This document shows, piece after piece, positions 28,159-38,230 of a DNA stretch of 64,000 bases (position 1 is the stretch's first letter; each line of letters opens with the position of its first letter). Below the pieces are notes generated by a model. That model did no database searches. It saw only the letters and a list, made by a program, of their open reading frames with translations, and was not told where the DNA came from. The DNA is taken from positions 20,797 through 84,796 of the forward strand of contig JAKQOG010000258.1 in assembly GCA_029565395.1 (NCBI GenBank). The letters are read 5' to 3'. The position numbers and the translations under genes were made by a program. Origin of the DNA: Candidatus Hydrogenedentota bacterium (GTDB taxonomy: Bacteria; Hydrogenedentota; Hydrogenedentia; Hydrogenedentales; CAILVY01).

Positions 28159-29439
28159 ATGAAACGAATCGAACGAAAACCTGTTTTGAACCGCCGTCAA
28201 TTTCTAAAAACCAGCGCCGCCGCCGTGGGTGGTGCCGTAGCGGCCCCGCTGATCATCACCAATTCCGCGCTAGGCGCGGCGGGCCGCGCGCCGGCGAGCG
28301 AGCGGATTGTGATGGGCACCATCGGCTTGGGCGGACGCGGCCGGGATGTGATGCGTTCCTTCATGTCAGAGCCGGACGTGCAGATGGTGGCGGTGTGTGA
28401 CGTATTCAAGAATAAGCGTGAAGAGGCCCGTAAGCAAGTAAATGATGGGTATAAAAACAAGGATTGCCAAACCTATATCGACATGCTGGAACTCCTGGAT
28501 CGCCCGGATATCGACGCGGTGCTGATTGCCACGGGCGATAATTGGCATTCGGGGGTGTCGATCCTGGCGGCGCGCGCCGGGAAGGACATGTATTGCGAGA
28601 AGCCCATGAGCGTGACCATTGCGGAATCACGCGCCGTGGCGGAAACCATGCGGCGCTTGGGGCGCATATTCCAATGCGGAACACAGCGCCGCAACGTGGC
28701 CAATTTCCGGTTTGCGGTGGAACTGGCCCACAGCGGGAAGCTGGGCCGCCTGAAGGAACTGCACGCTGAGCAGGCAGGCATTGGCCATGAATATGACACG
28801 GTACTGCCCGGTGAGCCGGAACCGCCCCGGGAGGAGTTTGACTGGAACCGCTGGCTGGGTCCGGCGCAATGGCGTCCGTATAACCAGAAAACCCCAACGC
28901 GCGGATTTTGGAGTTCGCATTGGGATTTCAGCGGCGGCGCGATCACGGAATGGGGCAGCCATACGGCGGATTTGTGTCAGTGGGCGAACAGCGCGGATGA
29001 CACCGGCCCCATCGAGTTCTGGAAGGAGGGCGACCGCTATTTGGGGCGGTATGCCAACGGCGCCACGCTGGTCTTGCGCACGGGGCTGCGGTTCGGTTCG
29101 TGTCCTGTGCGCTTTGAGGGCGATGAAGGCTGGGTGGAAACGGGCGACTCGGGAGAATTGGAAGCGCATCCAAAATCGCTGATGGGCGAAGGCAAGTTTG
29201 AAGGCGGGTACCCCGTGGGCAACCATGTGCGCGAATTTTTGAATTGCGTCAAGACCCGCCAGCAGACCATATCGAACGCGGATGTCGCGCATCATTCCAT
29301 TACGGCATGCCACGTGGCGAACATCTGTAAGCGCCTGGGCCGTCCGGTGAAATGGGATCCGGCAAAAGAAGAGGCCATCGGCGATGAAGAGGCGAACCGC
29401 CTGCGTTCTCGGGCGTACCGGGAACCGTGGTATCTGTGA
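28159..29439 (+). CDS. Tat-exported Gfo/Idh/MocA oxidoreductase
   Basis: NRRQFLK signal, IGLGGRG, YCEKPM, GTQRR, WLGPA and C-terminal YREPW. Confidence 0.9.
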   Translation: MKRIERKPVLNRRQFLKTSAAAVGGAVAAPLIITNSALGAAGRAPASERIVMGTIGLGGRGRDVMRSFMSEPDVQMVAVCDVFKNKREEARKQVNDGYKNKDCQTYIDMLELLDRPDIDAVLIATGDNWHSGVSILAARAGKDMYCEKPMSVTIAESRAVAETMRRLGRIFQCGTQRRNVANFRFAVELAHSGKLGRLKELHAEQAGIGHEYDTVLPGEPEPPREEFDWNRWLGPAQWRPYNQKTPTRGFWSSHWDFSGGAITEWGSHTADLCQWANSADDTGPIEFWKEGDRYLGRYANGATLVLRTGLRFGSCPVRFEGDEGWVETGDSGELEAHPKSLMGEGKFEGGYPVGNHVREFLNCVKTRQQTISNADVAHHSITACHVANICKRLGRPVKWDPAKEEAIGDEEANRLRSRAYREPWYL

Positions 29440-29477
29440 GATCGGGAATCAGCGGACAAATAAAGGACGAATGACTT

Positions 29478-31415
29478 ATGAACGATAGAAAATGGCGGTT
29501 GAGTGCAGTGGTGGCCGTATGTATGGCGGCCATGATGATGGGGTGTGTCAGTAAAACCACAGTAGCGGAAGATGCCAGTGAAGCAGAACTGATCGCGGTG
29601 TTGAAAAGCGACGCCGATTGGTTCGCGAAGGATGCGGCCTGCCGGCGGCTGCGCGTAATTGGAACTGCGGAAAGCGTTCCCGCGCTGGCGGCATTATTGC
29701 CGGATGCGAAGCTTTCGCACATCGCCCGGTATGCGCTGGAGCCCATGCCGTTCGCAGAAGCGGGGAAGGCGTTGCGCGATGGTCTTGCCCAAGCCACGGA
29801 TTTGACCAAGGCGGGCATTGTGATTTCGTTAGGCGCACGGCGGGATAAGGAAGCGGTGCCGTTGTTGATTCCACTTATTATGGATGCCAACACGGATATA
29901 GCGCGGACGGCGGCAGGGGCTTTGGGCCGAATCGCCACATCGGAGGCCGCGGACGCACTGCTCGATGCCCAAGACACGGTGGCGATAAGTGTAAAACCCG
30001 CGTTATATGAAGGGCTGCTGGCGGCGGCGCAGCAAATGGATAAAAACGGAGAACCCCGGAAGGCCGCGAAGATTTTCAACCAATTGCTCGATCCGGACAG
30101 GGCCATGAACATCCGTATGGGTGCATTTCGCGGACTGGCCTATGCAAAGCCCAGCGCCGACTGGATAGAGGACACGCTAGAGGGCGATGATCCCGTGTTG
30201 CGGGATATGGCGGCGCAGATTGTCGCGGAAACCACAGGCGAAAAAGACACGAAATATTACGCGAAGGAATTGCCGGAATTGCCCGAGGAAGGACAGGTGG
30301 CGCTATTGCGGGGCTTGGCGGCGCGTAAAGACCCGGCGGCGCGTCCAGCGGTGGCAGAGGCGGTAGCCAGTAAGGATAAGAACGTACAGTTGGCCGCGTT
30401 GAAGGCATTGGCGACGTTGGGCAATGCGGAGAATGTACCCGCCTTGATGGAACGGTTAGGTTCGGAGGATGAAGACATTGCCGCCACCGCATCGCAAACG
30501 CTCACGGCCTTGGAAGGCCCGGAAATCGACGCTGCCATGGCCAATGGCTTTACTACCGCCGCCGTGCCTGTGCGGGTGAAGTTATTGGAACTGCTGACGA
30601 ACCGCCGCGCGGCGCAAACAGTCCCGCTGGCCGTTCAAAGTGTGAACGATAGCGATGTGCAACTGCGTGGAGCGGGGTTGCGCGCGCTGGAGCGCCGCGG
30701 CGGGCAGGCGGAAGCGCCTGCGGTGATTGCGTTGATGCTGAAAAGCACGGAAGCGGCGGAACGTTCCGCAACAGAGTCAGCCTTGGGCGCGATTGGCGTG
30801 CGTACGGGCGAGCCGATGCTGCCTTCGTTGCTGACGGCGATGAAGGAAGCGCCGATGGAAGTGCGGGTGATCTTTCTCCGTGTCATAGCGCAAATTGGCG
30901 GCGTGCAGGCGCTTGATACGGTGCTGGCGGCCATGGCGGACCCCAACGAACCTATTCGCACGGAAGCATTGAACCTGCTGTCTACTTGGACCACGATGGA
31001 CGCCGCCCCGCATCTGCGTAAACTGGCCGAAAGCGCCGATCTCAGCCAGCAGGTGTTGGGATTGCGCGGCTACGTCCGCCTGGCGCAAAGCGAAACCGCC
31101 GTGGACAAAAAAATCACCATGCTTACGGACGCCATGGGGCTGGTGAAGCGTCCCGACGAGAAAAAGCTCGTATTATCCGCCTGGGGCGCCCTGCCAACAC
31201 CACAATCGCTCACCGCGCTACTCCCGCAATTGGACGATCCAGCGGTGAAGACTGAAGCCGCACTGGCCGTGATCAATGTGGCAACACAACTGGGCAAACA
31301 GAGTCCGGAAGGTAAAACACTCGGCATTGACGCGCTCAAGACCGTGTTGGGAAAATGCGACGACGCCACTATCCACGATACCGCGCAGAATGCATTAACT
31401 GCACTGCAAAAGTGA
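29478..31415 (+). CDS. HEAT-repeat lipoprotein
   Basis: Lipobox-like MMGC followed by many PBS/HEAT repeats (AVPLLIPL, AAGALGRI, AALKALATLG). Confidence 0.8.
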   Translation: MNDRKWRLSAVVAVCMAAMMMGCVSKTTVAEDASEAELIAVLKSDADWFAKDAACRRLRVIGTAESVPALAALLPDAKLSHIARYALEPMPFAEAGKALRDGLAQATDLTKAGIVISLGARRDKEAVPLLIPLIMDANTDIARTAAGALGRIATSEAADALLDAQDTVAISVKPALYEGLLAAAQQMDKNGEPRKAAKIFNQLLDPDRAMNIRMGAFRGLAYAKPSADWIEDTLEGDDPVLRDMAAQIVAETTGEKDTKYYAKELPELPEEGQVALLRGLAARKDPAARPAVAEAVASKDKNVQLAALKALATLGNAENVPALMERLGSEDEDIAATASQTLTALEGPEIDAAMANGFTTAAVPVRVKLLELLTNRRAAQTVPLAVQSVNDSDVQLRGAGLRALERRGGQAEAPAVIALMLKSTEAAERSATESALGAIGVRTGEPMLPSLLTAMKEAPMEVRVIFLRVIAQIGGVQALDTVLAAMADPNEPIRTEALNLLSTWTTMDAAPHLRKLAESADLSQQVLGLRGYVRLAQSETAVDKKITMLTDAMGLVKRPDEKKLVLSAWGALPTPQSLTALLPQLDDPAVKTEAALAVINVATQLGKQSPEGKTLGIDALKTVLGKCDDATIHDTAQNALTALQK

Positions 31416-31431
31416 TTGCTGCTGAATAATT

Positions 31432-31470
31432 ACGCCTCGGAAGGAAAGATGCCTGCCGAGGCGTTCTTTT
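31432..31470 (+). terminator. Intrinsic terminator
   Basis: cgcctcgg...ccgaggcg stem followed by ttcttttt, between convergent genes. Confidence 0.65.
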
Positions 31471-31482
31471 CAGCATGTTTCA

Positions 31483-32127
31483 TTACGACAAAAGCCGGAT
31501 CATGACTTCCTTCACGGTGATTTTCATTTTGTTGAATTCGTCGCCGGGGTGAATCTGAAATCCGATTTTTCCGGTGGTGAAGGAATTCTCATGAACATCG
31601 CCGACTTGCTTGCCGTTCAGGCTGACCACAAGATGATCGCCCTTGGCCAGAATGGTCATGGTGTTCCAATCGTCCTTTTTCTCGAGTGATTTGTCCGTAT
31701 TCATCGAAAGAAACATCTTGCCAGGGCAATAGATCGTGCCGGAATAGCATTCGGGATTCTTGTATTCGAGGATGTCCGCCTGATAGGACTTGTCGGGGTT
31801 CTGATAGCGGAACCATATACCACTGTTCGCGGGCCATTGAATCTTATAGGTGACGCGCACTTCGTAATCGGCATAGTCTTTGTCGGTGAAGAGGTCGCCA
31901 GCGGCGCCGTTGGGGCCTTGAACGCCCACAATGCATCCATCCTCCACTTTCCACACCGCATTCCCTTCCGCTTTCCAGCCGGAAAGATCCTTCCCGTTAA
32001 ACAACGGCGTCCAATCTGCTTTCTTTTTCGCTTCTTCCGCGGAAAAGGCATTGACCGTCCACAATCCTGCGATTATTCCCGCGCTTTGTCCCAAAAATGT
32101 CCTTCGAGCGATGTGTATCTTCGCCAT
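31483..32127 (-). CDS. Tat-exported DUF1080 (3-keto-glycoside hydrolase/hydratase-like) protein
   Basis: ARRTFL signal, WTPLFNGKDLSGW, ANSGIWFR, WNTMTI and GKIGFQIH. Start set at ATG 32127. Confidence 0.88.
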   Translation of the reverse strand: MAKIHIARRTFLGQSAGIIAGLWTVNAFSAEEAKKKADWTPLFNGKDLSGWKAEGNAVWKVEDGCIVGVQGPNGAAGDLFTDKDYADYEVRVTYKIQWPANSGIWFRYQNPDKSYQADILEYKNPECYSGTIYCPGKMFLSMNTDKSLEKKDDWNTMTILAKGDHLVVSLNGKQVGDVHENSFTTGKIGFQIHPGDEFNKMKITVKEVMIRLLS

Positions 32128-32287
32128 GATCTGTTCCTTCCGGTTTGGTTTATTCAACGGCAGGAAAAAGCAATTTTCCATGCCGTAATCCTTCCACTAT
32201 GGCAGACAAAGGTTGCTGGATCAAGGCGGGCGGCGTCAGTCGAAAATGTTGTGTTATACTAAAAATCCAACTAAGGAGTGAAGGTGT

Positions 32288-34309
32288 ATGCGAAACGAGG
32301 TGCATGCGCGGCGGGTTTTTTTTATTGTGTGGATGGGGTTTTGTATGGGAATATGGGCTCCGTCAGCGGACGCGGAATGCGCGGGCAACTATGTGCAAAA
32401 TGGCGGGTTTGAGATTGTTCCCGATGAGGCGTGGAACGAGATCAGTGAGAGCGGTTTTCCCGTGATCGTTCAGTTGGCTCCGCATACGGGGGAGTACTCG
32501 GCGTGGTTTGGGGGGAATATGGACGGTGAAAATGTCACATTGACGCAGCAGTTCACTATCGTGACATTGGATTCTCTCTGGCTGGAATTCTATTTGCAGA
32601 TGGGGCTGAATCAGCCTGAGGACTATTTTGGGGTCTTCATTGATGCCACGCTGCTGTTTGAGGCCACGGGATCCACGACCGGCTATTCCTTGTATCATAT
32701 CGTCCAACGGGATGTTTCCGCCTTCGCCGACGGCATGCCGCACATGTTGATTTTTATGGCGCATACCACGGGTATTTTTTCAGTGGACGATGTGTGCTTG
32801 CGTACCGGAGAGGCAAGCGAAGGGGAGACGCCGCCGGGCAATGATTATTGTTCGGAAGCCACGGACCTTATTTTGGACAACGTGTATATTCAGTCGAATT
32901 CCGGGGCGAATTCCGACGTCACGGGGATATGCCGCCCGAATGACGGAGAAGATGTGTGGTTCCGCTTTACACCGGCCGTTACGGATGACTATACGTTCTC
33001 GTTGTGCGGAAGCTTTTTCGACACCACGCTGGCTGTTTTTTCAGGTGATTGCGCGAATCTGAATCTGCTGGAATGTAATGACGATTACTGCATTGTGTAT
33101 TCCTGGCTTTGTGTGAATCTTGCCGCGGGCATGCCCTATTTAATCCGGGTGGCCTCTTATGCACCCGGCGATGGCAGTGTCTATCAACTTCAAGTGCAGC
33201 AGGGGTGTGTTGCGCCCGAAGGCGGAGGTGAAAGTGAAGGCGAGGTTGAAGGACAAATCGAAGGAGAAATAGAAGGTGTAATTGAAGGTGAAGGCGTGAT
33301 TGAAGGACAGATCGAGGGGGAAATCGAAGGTGTAAATGAAGGGGAAGGTGTGATCGAAGGAGAACTTGAAGGTGTTAGTGAGGGCGAAGGCGGTGTGGAG
33401 GGAGAAATTCCGGGACAGGATTGTCTGGAGGAAACGGTGTACAGTCAATTGCCAGGGCCGGTGAACGAACAATGGCAGTCGACGGACAGCACGATGGATC
33501 TGGACAGGGCCTGGGATAATTATCAGACTTCCGGCGAAGCGGTGCATGGGGTGCGCTGGTGGGGCATGGTGTTTAATGATGACGGCACACCCGCGCAATG
33601 CAGTCAGTTTGTGATCCGGTTTGCGAATTTGGAAGAATCGGCGCCGGGTGGTACGGTGTGTGAATATACCGTGATGGCCGACTCGGTTTCGACGGGCTTT
33701 ATGGTGACTGATCTGCCGGTATGGCGGTTTGACGCAGTGATTGAACCGCCGTGCAGCCTCGTGGAAGGATGGCTCTCCATCCAGAACGATGAATCTGGAA
33801 AATCCTTTAATTGGTTAAGTTCGCCGCAGGGAAATCAGGAGCATGCGTTTGAGATCTTTGATACGATGTTCTTTGGCGAATTTGATCTCAGTTTTTGTTT
33901 GAGCACGGAATCCGGTGAAGGCGAGGGGGGTGAAGAAGGCGAAGGTGGAGCGGAAGGTGTGGAAGAGGGAGAGGGCGCCGTAGAGGGGGAAAGTGTGGAA
34001 GAAGGGGAAGGGGAGCCGGGAATATACACGGCGGATCAAAATGGGGATCATCGCATAAACTTGTCGGAGCTGTTGCGCGTGATACAGTTCTTCAATTCAA
34101 ATGGATTCCATTGTTCAGCAGGCACGGAAGACGGCTATGCGCCGGGCGTGGGGGATACTTCCTGTGCGTCACACGATTGTGACTACAATCCGCACGACTG
34201 GCGAATTACCCTTTCCGAGCTGTTGCGGGTGATACAGTTCTTCAATTCAAGCGGTTATCATTATTGTCCTGAAGAGGCCACGGAAGACGGCTATTGCGTG
34301 GGAATGTAA
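32288..34309 (+). CDS. Secreted multi-domain protein with Glu-Gly linkers and duplicated EF-hand/dockerin-like C-terminal domain
   Basis: Signal peptide, NGGFE jelly-roll, PPC-like domain (DVWFRFTP...FDTTLAVFSG...CNDD), EGE repeats, and ADQNGDHRINLSELLRVIQFFNS duplicated at the C-terminus. Confidence 0.8.
   Translation: MRNEVHARRVFFIVWMGFCMGIWAPSADAECAGNYVQNGGFEIVPDEAWNEISESGFPVIVQLAPHTGEYSAWFGGNMDGENVTLTQQFTIVTLDSLWLEFYLQMGLNQPEDYFGVFIDATLLFEATGSTTGYSLYHIVQRDVSAFADGMPHMLIFMAHTTGIFSVDDVCLRTGEASEGETPPGNDYCSEATDLILDNVYIQSNSGANSDVTGICRPNDGEDVWFRFTPAVTDDYTFSLCGSFFDTTLAVFSGDCANLNLLECNDDYCIVYSWLCVNLAAGMPYLIRVASYAPGDGSVYQLQVQQGCVAPEGGGESEGEVEGQIEGEIEGVIEGEGVIEGQIEGEIEGVNEGEGVIEGELEGVSEGEGGVEGEIPGQDCLEETVYSQLPGPVNEQWQSTDSTMDLDRAWDNYQTSGEAVHGVRWWGMVFNDDGTPAQCSQFVIRFANLEESAPGGTVCEYTVMADSVSTGFMVTDLPVWRFDAVIEPPCSLVEGWLSIQNDESGKSFNWLSSPQGNQEHAFEIFDTMFFGEFDLSFCLSTESGEGEGGEEGEGGAEGVEEGEGAVEGESVEEGEGEPGIYTADQNGDHRINLSELLRVIQFFNSNGFHCSAGTEDGYAPGVGDTSCASHDCDYNPHDWRITLSELLRVIQFFNSSGYHYCPEEATEDGYCVGM
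33218..33410 (+). repeat. Coding low-complexity (EGxxEG)n linker
   Basis: EGEVEGQIEGEIEGVIEGEGVIEG... A second block lies at about 33915-34015. Confidence 0.85.
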
Positions 34310-34502
34310 AGCTTTCATTTTGGATCTTTGCCATGGATCCATATAAGAAAGTGCATCACCTGAAAATGGGCAGATTAGTTGGTCCTATCTCCAGGCAGTA
34401 CTCTTTTTCCCCTTTAACGAGGTGACCTATGCCTGGTGAGCGTGGTATGATGGGAATCCTTTGTGGTGTTTTCCGTGGATCTAAGAGAAAAGGAACAGTA
34501 AC

Positions 34503-35906
34503 ATGAAATACGAGAGTTTAACGCGCCGGGCGTTCCTGGCGGCGGCCACGACCACCGCCGTGGCGGGCATTGCAAGCGCCCAGGACAAACCGAACACAGC
34601 CAAGGTGGTGCCGCGCAAGCTGTCGCCGAATGAAAAGGTGAACGTCGCGGCGATTGGCGCGGGGGGCAAAGGCACCTCGGACATTATGAGTTGCCATAAA
34701 CTCGGTGAAAACGTGGTGGCCCTGTGTGACGTGGACTGGGATCGCGCGGGTGAATCGTTTTACCGGCTTAAGGATGCGAAGCAGTTCAAAGACTATCGAA
34801 ACATGCTGGAAAAAATGCCGGAAATCGACGCCGTGACGATTTCCACGCCCGATCACACACATGCGCCCGCCGCTTACATGGCGATGAAGATGGGGAAGCA
34901 TGTCTATGTGCAGAAACCGCTCACGCACACCGTGGCCGAAGCACGTCTGCTGAAAAACGTCGCGAAGGAAACCGGCGTAATGACGCAGATGGGCAACCAG
35001 GGCCACTGCGGCAACGGCGTGCGCACGCTATGCGAAATGATCTGGAGCGGCGCGATTGGGAACGTGCGCGAGGCGCACGTATGGACGCATCGTCCGGTGT
35101 GGGACAATCAGGGCTTGGCCGAGCCGCTGCCTCCGGAAGTCACGCCGGAAAACCTCGACTGGGACCGCTGGATCGGCTGCGCGCCGTGGCGCCCATACAA
35201 TCACAAGCTTGCCCCGCATGATTGGCGCGCATGGCTGGATTTCGGCGGCGGTTCCCTGGGCGACATGGCCTGTCATATCATGGACCCCGCCTACATGGCG
35301 CTGAAACTGGTGGAAGCCACGGATTACACGGTGGAAGTGATGGAACAGCGCGGCCGGAATGATCAGACCTTTGCGATTATGTCTACCATCAAGTATTCCT
35401 TCCCCGCGCGGGGCGACATGCCGCCGGTGGATGTGTACTGGTATGACGGTCACTGGCCCGATCCCGCCACCGGACAGGAAATCTACAACCGGCCCAAGCG
35501 CCCCGCAGGCATTCCGGAAGACCAGGTGCTGGGCGATGACAACAAGAACGGCTCCTTCTTTGTAGGCGACAAGGGCGTGCTTACCGCGGGCGAATACGGC
35601 GGCGAGCCGCGTCTGATGCCCATTGAAAAAATGAAGGACTACCAATATCCGCCGGAAACCGCCGAGCGCATCCCCGACGAAAGTCCGTACTTCGATTGGA
35701 TTCGCGGCATCAAGACCGGGAAAGTGCCCTGCTCGAACTTCGACTATGCCGGTCCCTTCGCGGAAATGGTCCAATTTGGCAATCTGGTGGTTAAATCGGG
35801 CGAAAAGCTGCATTGGGACAATATCAAGGGTGTGGTGATGGACATATCCAATCCGGAAAAAATCGTCAGCAAAGAATACCGTAAAGGCTGGGAATTGCCC
35901 TGCTAA
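34503..35906 (+). CDS. Tat-exported Gfo/Idh/MocA oxidoreductase
   Basis: TRRAFL signal, IGAGGKG, STPDHTH, VQKPLTH, TQMGNQG, LGDMACH and YRKGW. Confidence 0.9.
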   Translation: MKYESLTRRAFLAAATTTAVAGIASAQDKPNTAKVVPRKLSPNEKVNVAAIGAGGKGTSDIMSCHKLGENVVALCDVDWDRAGESFYRLKDAKQFKDYRNMLEKMPEIDAVTISTPDHTHAPAAYMAMKMGKHVYVQKPLTHTVAEARLLKNVAKETGVMTQMGNQGHCGNGVRTLCEMIWSGAIGNVREAHVWTHRPVWDNQGLAEPLPPEVTPENLDWDRWIGCAPWRPYNHKLAPHDWRAWLDFGGGSLGDMACHIMDPAYMALKLVEATDYTVEVMEQRGRNDQTFAIMSTIKYSFPARGDMPPVDVYWYDGHWPDPATGQEIYNRPKRPAGIPEDQVLGDDNKNGSFFVGDKGVLTAGEYGGEPRLMPIEKMKDYQYPPETAERIPDESPYFDWIRGIKTGKVPCSNFDYAGPFAEMVQFGNLVVKSGEKLHWDNIKGVVMDISNPEKIVSKEYRKGWELPC

Positions 35907-35930
35907 TTTCCTGAACAATTTGGGTCAAGG

Positions 35931-35970
35931 CGCGCCGTGTTCCGTTATGGGCGGGACACGGCGCGTTTGT
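35931..35970 (+). terminator. Intrinsic terminator-like hairpin
   Basis: cgcgccgtgttccg / cgggacacggcgcg stem followed by tttgt. Confidence 0.6.
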
Positions 35971-36081
35971 CATTACGGGTGGTAATTTTATTTATCCGGG
36001 GCAATTCTGGCATACTTGTTTTCCCTTGCGGGTTCTCGCAGGGGATTAACGACGGTCAAACGCAGTGTGCGGAGTTTCTCC

Positions 36082-37647
36082 ATGGAGTCTTTTATTGGTC
36101 TGCATTTTATTGACTGGATCATCATTTTAGTATACATGGCCGGTTCGCTTATGCTCGGCGTATACTGCACTCGTTTTGTTGGGAGCGCCGAAGACTTCTT
36201 CATCGCGGGTAAGGCTTTGCCATTCTGGGCCATCGGCTTTTCCATCGTCACGAGCGACATCGGGGCCACGGATTTCGTGGCGGTGGCCGGCGCGGCCTAC
36301 TGCAACGGCGTGTCCGCGGCAAATTTTGACTGGATGGGTTCGATGCCCGCCATGGTCATTGCGGCGTTCGTCTTCGTGCCGTATTTCTGGCGGTCGGGCG
36401 TATTTACCATCCCGGAATTCCTGGGCCGCCGCTACAACGCCGCCGTACAGTTCATCAATGGAATGATATGGGTCGTGGTGTTATTTTTCATGCTGGCCAT
36501 CATGCAATGGCTTTCCGCGGATAAACTAATGTATACCGTGTTAGGGTGGAATCCGTATTGGACCTTGTGGATCACGGCGGGTATCACCGGCATATACACC
36601 TTTTCCGGTGGCTTGACCGCGGTAGTATTTACGGACGTGGTGCAGTTGATCGTTATGTATGTCGGCGGGTTTGGCCTGCTTGCACTAAGCCTGTGGGAAG
36701 TGGGCGGATGGACCACATTGCATGAAAAAGTGATTGCCATGGGGCCGGAATATCAGGATCACTTCCGGATTCTATTGCCCAACGACACTACCGGCCCATT
36801 CCCCTGGACCGGCATTGTGTTTGGGTTGGGATTGGTGATGGCGGTGGCTTACATGAGCGGCAACCAGGTTATTGTGCAGCGCACCCTCGGTGCACGGTCG
36901 GAATGGGATGCCAAGGGCGGCATGCTGTTCGGCGGTTTCCTCAAAGCTATGATCCCGCTGATGGTGGCCTTGCCGGGTTTGTGCGCAGTGGTGTTGCTGC
37001 CCACCCTGGGACGGGAAAACGCCGACCGTGCGGTTCCCGAAATGATCCGCGTGCTGATGCCGGCGGGATTACGCGGGCTCATGTTTGCCGCACTCTTTGC
37101 AGCCATGATGTCACATATTTCCGCCACCTTGAACTCCACTACCACCATTTTCATCACGGATATTGTGGGCCAGATTCGGAAATGGATTGGCAAAGGGGCT
37201 TTGCCGGAGAAATTGGCGCTGCGTCTGGGCCGGGTAATTACCGCAACATTGATTATCAGCACGGCGATCTTGGCGAAACCAATTGCTGATCGTGAACAAA
37301 TTTATGTGTTCATGCAGACCATTCTGTCCCTGTTCCAGGGGCCGGTTCTGGCCATTTTGCTGCTGGGCATTATCTGGCCACGCGCAACGCAATGGGGTGG
37401 GCTTGCGGGCCTGGTGCTCGGTGTGATGTGCTGTTTTGTCCTTAAATACACCCCCGGCCTCTTCCCCTCGGAAGATCCCTTCCTCTTCGTGGCGTGGTGG
37501 TCGTTCGTATTTGCCTTGATTGTAACCATTGTGGTTAGCCTGCTCACCCCGCGCGAGCCCGATGAAAAACTGCGCGGGATGGTGTGGAGTTCCGTGGTGC
37601 ACGATGAAGAAGCACAAGATGCACTGCAAGAAAGGGTCGCTCAATAA
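36082..37647 (+). CDS. Sodium:solute symporter (SSS) family transporter
   Basis: DFFIAGKALP, FTIPEFLGRRY, YTFSGGLTAVVFTDVVQ, NQVIVQRTLGA and AAMMS, with many TM helices. Start set at ATG 36082. Confidence 0.92.
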   Translation: MESFIGLHFIDWIIILVYMAGSLMLGVYCTRFVGSAEDFFIAGKALPFWAIGFSIVTSDIGATDFVAVAGAAYCNGVSAANFDWMGSMPAMVIAAFVFVPYFWRSGVFTIPEFLGRRYNAAVQFINGMIWVVVLFFMLAIMQWLSADKLMYTVLGWNPYWTLWITAGITGIYTFSGGLTAVVFTDVVQLIVMYVGGFGLLALSLWEVGGWTTLHEKVIAMGPEYQDHFRILLPNDTTGPFPWTGIVFGLGLVMAVAYMSGNQVIVQRTLGARSEWDAKGGMLFGGFLKAMIPLMVALPGLCAVVLLPTLGRENADRAVPEMIRVLMPAGLRGLMFAALFAAMMSHISATLNSTTTIFITDIVGQIRKWIGKGALPEKLALRLGRVITATLIISTAILAKPIADREQIYVFMQTILSLFQGPVLAILLLGIIWPRATQWGGLAGLVLGVMCCFVLKYTPGLFPSEDPFLFVAWWSFVFALIVTIVVSLLTPREPDEKLRGMVWSSVVHDEEAQDALQERVAQ

Positions 37648-37958
37648 TGGAAGCCTGGATAGAAAGTCTGTTCAAAACGCTCTTTTATCCCATTCTGGCG
37701 CCTATCTTCCATCCCGTGGACAAGTTTCTGAACTGGGTGGATCAACACCCTTTCACGGTGGGAAGTGTTTCCGTTACCTGGGCCAGCATCTGCGGCGTGG
37801 GCCTGTTTGTATGCGCCATGCTGTGGGTGTGCCTGATTCTGAATAAGGAGTATGTAAACCGTGGCCGGCCCTATAAATCCATCTGGACCGATCTGCGGTT
37901 GTGGACGATTATTTCCATGACTCCGCACGTGTTAGTGTATTTTTACTTCACCCGATAG
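37647..37958 (+). CDS. Small membrane protein
   Basis: 103 aa with two hydrophobic segments. TAATG coupling to the symporter. Confidence 0.7.
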   Translation: MEAWIESLFKTLFYPILAPIFHPVDKFLNWVDQHPFTVGSVSVTWASICGVGLFVCAMLWVCLILNKEYVNRGRPYKSIWTDLRLWTIISMTPHVLVYFYFTR

Positions 37959-37969
37959 GACACACGGTT

Positions 37970-38230
37970 ATGAGTGAAATTAAAGCGTCGGATTCCGACC
38001 AGAACGTAAACATCCGCATGGAGAAACGCGACGGCGAAACGTATGTAGCGCTAGGGCTGTTCATTGTGGCTGTAGGGATTCCCGTGGTGATCGGCACCTA
38101 TTTCGCCGCCCAAACCAACATGCGCGCGGCCATCGTGAATATCATCTGCGCTGGCGTCCTGCTGCTGATTGGCGTGGCTGCCATCACGTACGGGCGCATC
38201 CTGCTCGCCCGCAATAAGAGACGCTCGTGA
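37970..38230 (+). CDS. Small two-TM membrane protein
   Basis: ATG 37970 after AGGA, two hydrophobic helices and a basic tail. Confidence 0.7.
   Translation: MSEIKASDSDQNVNIRMEKRDGETYVALGLFIVAVGIPVVIGTYFAAQTNMRAAIVNIICAGVLLLIGVAAITYGRILLARNKRRS

Noticed and set aside
33218-33410. Periodic GAAGG-rich DNA as a CRISPR array or non-coding satellite
   Set aside because: It is in-frame coding for the EG linker with synonymous variation, and has no constant repeat with unique spacers.
35028-35918. 296-aa minus-strand ORF (and similar long shadows at 28627-29313, 29300-30112, 48231-49070)
   Set aside because: All lie antisense to well-supported genes and lack recognisable features.
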